From a virus (Duplodnaviria; Caudoviricetes), in the IMG/VR virus record IMGVR_UViG_3300027265_000052, positions 1 through 38,138 of that record: 38,138 nt of DNA; one strand, written 5' to 3'. Position numbers and translations under genes: made by a program. This document shows positions 34,383 to 38,138 of the stretch, in pieces. The notes under the pieces are model-generated. The model was not told the origin of the DNA. It did not search any database and was given only the letters and a program-made list of their open reading frames with translations. Every line of letters begins with the position of its first letter. The stretch's first letter is position 1.

Positions 34383-35963
34383 ATGGCAAATTTTGTGCAA
34401 TTAAAGAGCGGCATCGTTATTCCCGAGGCTGATTACGCCGAAATGCAAGATTTGGGCAAACGCCCGAGCATGATGGAAATCGCCACGGTCGGCAGCGGAC
34501 GAGACATCACGCGCGGTTTTGTGCCCGATAACATGATCATGGCGGCAGGCGATACGGTGCTGGCTAGCAAAGGCGGTGATTATTCAATCTATGAGGATAT
34601 CGCCCGCGACGACCAGGTTAAAACCTGCCGTCAACAACGCGAATTGGCATTGATTGGCAAAGAATGGGGCGTGGAGCCTGGAGATAGCAGCCGCAAAGCC
34701 AAGAAAGCCGCCGACCGGTTGAAAAGTTTTTTGGACAATCTGGCGTGGGACGACAAGACGCAGAAGATGCTGTCGGCAATATTGTACGGCTATTCGGTTG
34801 GCGAACTGATCTGGGCGACAGACGGTTTGGAAATCGCAATCGCCGATATCAAGGTGCGCAATCGCAAACGGTTTGGCTTTTTGCCGACCGGTGAATTGCG
34901 GTTGCGTACGTTTGCCAATCAGGTGAACGGCGAGGCGTTGCCGGCCGGAAAGTTTTGGGCGTTTTCCTGCGGCGCCGATCACGATGATGAGCCGTATGGC
35001 TTAGGCCTTGGCCACTATTTGTATTGGCCGGTCTTTTTTAAGAAAAATGGCCTGAAGTTTTGGCTAACATTCCAGGAGAAGTTCAGCCAGCCGACGGCTG
35101 TTGGCAAGTATCCGGCCAGCGCCAGCGACACCGAGAAAAACCGGTTATTGCAGGCGTTGGCATCGATCCAAAGCAGCACGGCGATCCGGATTCCTGAAGG
35201 TATGATCATCGAACTGCTGGAAGCTACGCGTTCCGGTACCGCCGACTATACGGCGCTGTACGATCGAATGAATGCGGCGATTTCCAAGGTTTACCTGGGC
35301 CACACCGGTTCAACCGACGCAACGCCCGGCCGCCTGGGCGGCGAAGACAACGCTAGCGATGTCCGTGAGGATTTGGTCAAGGCCGACGCTGATTTGGTTT
35401 GCGGATCATTCAACCGCACGGTGCCACGTTGGCTAACCTTTTATAACGACGGTCCGGATGTTGCCCCGCCGCGTGTATGGCGCAAAACCGAGCCGCCGGA
35501 GGATATGAAAGCGGCCGCCGATAAGGACAAAGTATTGTTCGACATGGGCTTTAGGCCGAAACTGAAGTATGTGACCGATAAGTATGGTGATGGATATGAA
35601 GAAAAACCGAATACCGACGCTGGGGCAGGCCCAGCAGATAACAGCGCCGCGAATAGCGGGCTAGCCGTAGGTACTGGGCAGGGGGATGAACCTGCCCAGT
35701 TTGCGGAAACGAATGCTGATATCGATCCTACCGGCGTCGATTCGCAAACCGACCGGATGGCGATCGAGGCGGGACCGTCAATCAAGGCGTTGCTTGACCA
35801 AATTGCGGCGTTTGCCGAGCAGGCCAATTCGTTAGAAGAGTTGCGTGATATGTTGTTGTCAAGTTATAGCGAGTTGGATAGCGATCAGTTGACTATTGTG
35901 ATGGCGATAGGCTTTTCGGCTATGGAGTTGTCGGGACGTTTTAATGTAAGCGAAAACGGTTAA
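34383..35963 (+). CDS. Portal protein, Mu gp29-like (DUF935)
   Basis: AILYGYSVGELIW, PYGLGL, FW..F.EKF..P...GKY, ISKVYLG. Confidence 0.95.
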   Translation: MANFVQLKSGIVIPEADYAEMQDLGKRPSMMEIATVGSGRDITRGFVPDNMIMAAGDTVLASKGGDYSIYEDIARDDQVKTCRQQRELALIGKEWGVEPGDSSRKAKKAADRLKSFLDNLAWDDKTQKMLSAILYGYSVGELIWATDGLEIAIADIKVRNRKRFGFLPTGELRLRTFANQVNGEALPAGKFWAFSCGADHDDEPYGLGLGHYLYWPVFFKKNGLKFWLTFQEKFSQPTAVGKYPASASDTEKNRLLQALASIQSSTAIRIPEGMIIELLEATRSGTADYTALYDRMNAAISKVYLGHTGSTDATPGRLGGEDNASDVREDLVKADADLVCGSFNRTVPRWLTFYNDGPDVAPPRVWRKTEPPEDMKAAADKDKVLFDMGFRPKLKYVTDKYGDGYEEKPNTDAGAGPADNSAANSGLAVGTGQGDEPAQFAETNADIDPTGVDSQTDRMAIEAGPSIKALLDQIAAFAEQANSLEELRDMLLSSYSELDSDQLTIVMAIGFSAMELSGRFNVSENG

Positions 35964-36196
35964 TGCTCATTTTTACTGAAAATAATTGCGTCGTATTCGA
36001 ATGCGAGCACTGTGGAGCTAAAGAGCGTTTGGAGAATAAGCGCCGAAATAAACGCCAATTTCAAACAGTGCTGAATAAATTTATGAGGACGCACAACTGG
36101 AATTGTCAGTGGAAAGTTGAGCGCCAACGTAAGATCGATGATGCGATCTCCACTACTGATTCGATTATCAAAAAACTGGTGAAAGAATGCCGTTAA
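35963..36196 (+). CDS. Small basic hypothetical protein with CxxC
   Basis: CEHC...H..C; AT-rich; coupled to the portal stop. Confidence 0.6.
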   Translation: MLIFTENNCVVFECEHCGAKERLENKRRNKRQFQTVLNKFMRTHNWNCQWKVERQRKIDDAISTTDSIIKKLVKECR

Positions 36197-37509
36197 TCCT
36201 ATCTCCTACCCAAGTCGAGTTTAACGCCAGAGACGACGGAAAATTCAACAAGCCATTCAAAGAACAAACCGATTTTTTTCGGCAAAAGCTGAATCTTCCA
36301 ACCGAGCGCTACGACGACATACTAAAGGCCGCGCACGACCGCGCCTTTGTAGTGGCCGGGGCAATGAAGGCCGATCTATTGGCCGATCTGCGCAACGCAG
36401 TGGATACAGCTATCGTCGATGGCAAAAGTATCCAGTGGTTCCGTAAGGAATTTGCCGCCATTGTGCAAAAAAACGGCTGGGAAGGCTGGACGGGAAGCGA
36501 AACTAAAGCTGGTCGAGATTGGCGCACGCGGGTGATCTATCAAACTAACCTATCCACGAGTTATGCCGCGGGCCGCTGGGCCCAGCTTAACGATCCAGAT
36601 TTGTTAAGTCGTTGCCCGTATTGGGAATATCACCATTGCGATGCCGTACATCATCCCCGGTTCATACATAAGAGCTGGTCAGGCATGGTGCTGAGGCATG
36701 ATGATCCTTGGTGGAAAACTCATTTTGCGCCCAACGGTTGGGGATGTCATTGCTGGATATCGGCAGAACCGGCCAGCGAGTATCGGGGCGAAGTCGGCCC
36801 AACGGGTGACACGTATTCTTATATTGATAAGACTGGCAAAAAACACACTGTCCCCAGCACGTATACTTATAAGGATAGGTACGGTAACGAACACGTACTG
36901 CCAGCCGGTATCGATTACGGTTGGGATTACGCACCGGGTGCAAATAAGACCTCGCCGCTGAAGGACATCATCGATCAAAAACTGATCAGGCTACCGGCCT
37001 CGATCGGCGCGGATATGTTCCAAGCATTAAAGCCGACGATTGCAAAAGAAACGACGTTGCAATGGCATGCTACGTTGGATGAGTGGCTAGCGACGCCCCA
37101 GGCCGGCAGATCGGCCGTGGTCGGTGGTGTGGCTCCGGAGGTGTTAAAATGGTTGAAAGGCAATAAGGAAATTCAACCCGTAACTGCGGAAATTGCCATT
37201 AGAGAAGGTTTGGTCCGTGGCAGCAAGCAAGATCGTCACGCAGCGGCCGGCGATGCGCTCAATGAAATGGAATGGCGGCGCTTGCCGATGATTGTAGACG
37301 AACCTGAACAAATCTTATTCGATACCAGAACCGGCAAGTTGCTTTACATTTTTCCATCCGACGATGCGCGCAATATTAAGCTATCAGTTGAATTCGATCC
37401 TAAAAAATTGAAAAAGGATCAGTTGAATATGATTGTATCTGGATTCAAACAACCGTCGTCAACGATAGACGAAATGATACGCGGAGGACTTTATGAGATT
37501 GTACAATAA
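36187..37509 (+). CDS. MuF/gp30 head morphogenesis protein with C-terminal BECR-like (PBECR) domain
   Basis: RAFVVAG, IYQTN...Y.AGRW, WWKTHFAPNGWGCHC, GIDYGWDYAPG; C-terminal RH...L...EW..LP.IV..P..IL.D....LLY. Confidence 0.88.
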   Translation: MPLILSPTQVEFNARDDGKFNKPFKEQTDFFRQKLNLPTERYDDILKAAHDRAFVVAGAMKADLLADLRNAVDTAIVDGKSIQWFRKEFAAIVQKNGWEGWTGSETKAGRDWRTRVIYQTNLSTSYAAGRWAQLNDPDLLSRCPYWEYHHCDAVHHPRFIHKSWSGMVLRHDDPWWKTHFAPNGWGCHCWISAEPASEYRGEVGPTGDTYSYIDKTGKKHTVPSTYTYKDRYGNEHVLPAGIDYGWDYAPGANKTSPLKDIIDQKLIRLPASIGADMFQALKPTIAKETTLQWHATLDEWLATPQAGRSAVVGGVAPEVLKWLKGNKEIQPVTAEIAIREGLVRGSKQDRHAAAGDALNEMEWRRLPMIVDEPEQILFDTRTGKLLYIFPSDDARNIKLSVEFDPKKLKKDQLNMIVSGFKQPSSTIDEMIRGGLYEIVQ

Positions 37510-37515
37510 AAGTAG

Positions 37516-37603
37516 TGGCAGGCTGCCCGGCCGGAGTCGAACCGGCATAGGTGACGCAAAGCGCCTTTCTGTTCCCCAATCCATGCACGTAGACAGCCTG
37601 TCA
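37516..37603 (-). ncRNA. tRNA-like RNA (non-canonical)
   Basis: T-arm GCCGG-TTCGACT-CCGGC, 9-bp acceptor-like stem, 3' GCCA. Confidence 0.6.
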
Positions 37604-37608
37604 GGCTC

Positions 37609-37636
37609 ACTATAAATCCGCCATGGCAGAAGTCAA
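37609..37636 (-). promoter_or_regulatory. Sigma70-like promoter for the tRNA-like RNA
   Basis: TTGACT-16 nt-TATAGT; predicted +1 near 37602-37603. Confidence 0.62.
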
Positions 37637-38138
37637 GTGGGATGATGCTAATGTGGTTAACGCGTTGCAACGTTTGCAGCACGCTGTTAGCAATACCTCG
37701 CCGGTTTTGAAAGAAATCGGCGAGGTATTGCAAGAATCGACTAAACACCGATTTGAGGCGTCTACAGGGCCGGATGGCGAAAAGTGGGAACCCAATAGTC
37801 ACGTGACTACGGCGCAGCATGTGCATCGCGTTGGTGGAACGAAAACTAAGGATGGCAAGTTTTTAACCAAAAAAGGCGAACAGCGCTGGGATGGCAAAAA
37901 AACGTTGATCGATCACGGTACGCTGATGGAGAGCATCAATGCTCAACTAATCGACAATAATACATTAGGAGTGGGCAGTGCATTGGAATATGCTGCCATG
38001 CAACAATTTGGAGGGTCGAAAGATGATTTTCCTTTTCTGTGGGGCGACATTCCGGCTCGGCCTTTTTTGGGTATTAGCGATGAGGACGAGGATAAAATTT
38101 TGAGTACTGTTCATGAATATTTAACGTCATCGATCTAA
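37623..38138 (+). CDS. Virion morphogenesis protein, Mu gpG-like
   Basis: RF....GPDG.KW, L.D.G.L..SI, YAAMQQFGG, IPARPFLG. Confidence 0.93.
   Translation: MAEVKWDDANVVNALQRLQHAVSNTSPVLKEIGEVLQESTKHRFEASTGPDGEKWEPNSHVTTAQHVHRVGGTKTKDGKFLTKKGEQRWDGKKTLIDHGTLMESINAQLIDNNTLGVGSALEYAAMQQFGGSKDDFPFLWGDIPARPFLGISDEDEDKILSTVHEYLTSSI

Larger units (their letters stand above)
1..38138. mobile_element. Mu-like transposable prophage (B3/BcepMu-type), ends not included
   Basis: DDE transposase, AAA ATPase, Ner, GemA, Mor, Mu-type terminase/portal/F/G/I and Mu gp36-gp48-like tail genes fill the window. No host genes are seen. Confidence 0.97.

Noticed and set aside
37516-37603. Canonical tRNA gene or att site
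   Set aside because: No 7-nt anticodon loop or proper D-arm, the acceptor stem is too long, and Mu-like phages do not use tRNA att sites. Kept only as tRNA-like.
31234-37826. Minus-strand ORFs across terminase, portal, MuF and gpG
   Set aside because: Shadow frames. The ORFs 37491-37826 and 37610-37795 overlap gpG antisense and do not look like immunity proteins.
1-38138. CRISPR array, rRNA, IS elements, Mu end repeats
   Set aside because: No regularly spaced repeats, rRNA-like sequence or second transposase seen; both edges fall at gene ends.

Overview
The whole window is a Mu-like (transposable, contractile-tailed) prophage of the B3/BcepMu type, with an rve/DDE transposase and an ExeA-like ATPase. 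Both prophage ends lie outside the window. The minus strand runs ner, early genes, A, B, DUF3164, gemA, mor, then straight into protease/scaffold, capsid, neck, sheath/tube, tape measure, baseplate and tail fibre. The plus strand carries the repressor operon, then holin, terminase, portal, MuF and gpG. The late genes are therefore split and divergent, as if the early-to-gpG arm had been inverted. Best candidates for novel biology: (1) a shared 18-aa Q/N-rich, amyloid-signalling-like motif at the repressor C-terminus and at the N-terminus of the adjacent membrane protein; (2) a tRNA-like RNA with its own promoter-like sequence, ending in GCCA, lying antisense just behind a MuF protein with a BECR-like RNase C-terminus; (3) two clusters of small genes bounded by integron attC-like sites of inverted polarity, with no intI in view. 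Also seen: three identically spaced late-promoter dyads, a likely strong gyrase site, a -1 frameshift in the tail chaperone, a 5' pseudoknot and several pseudogenes. Family assignments come from motif recognition and synteny only; no database searches were run.
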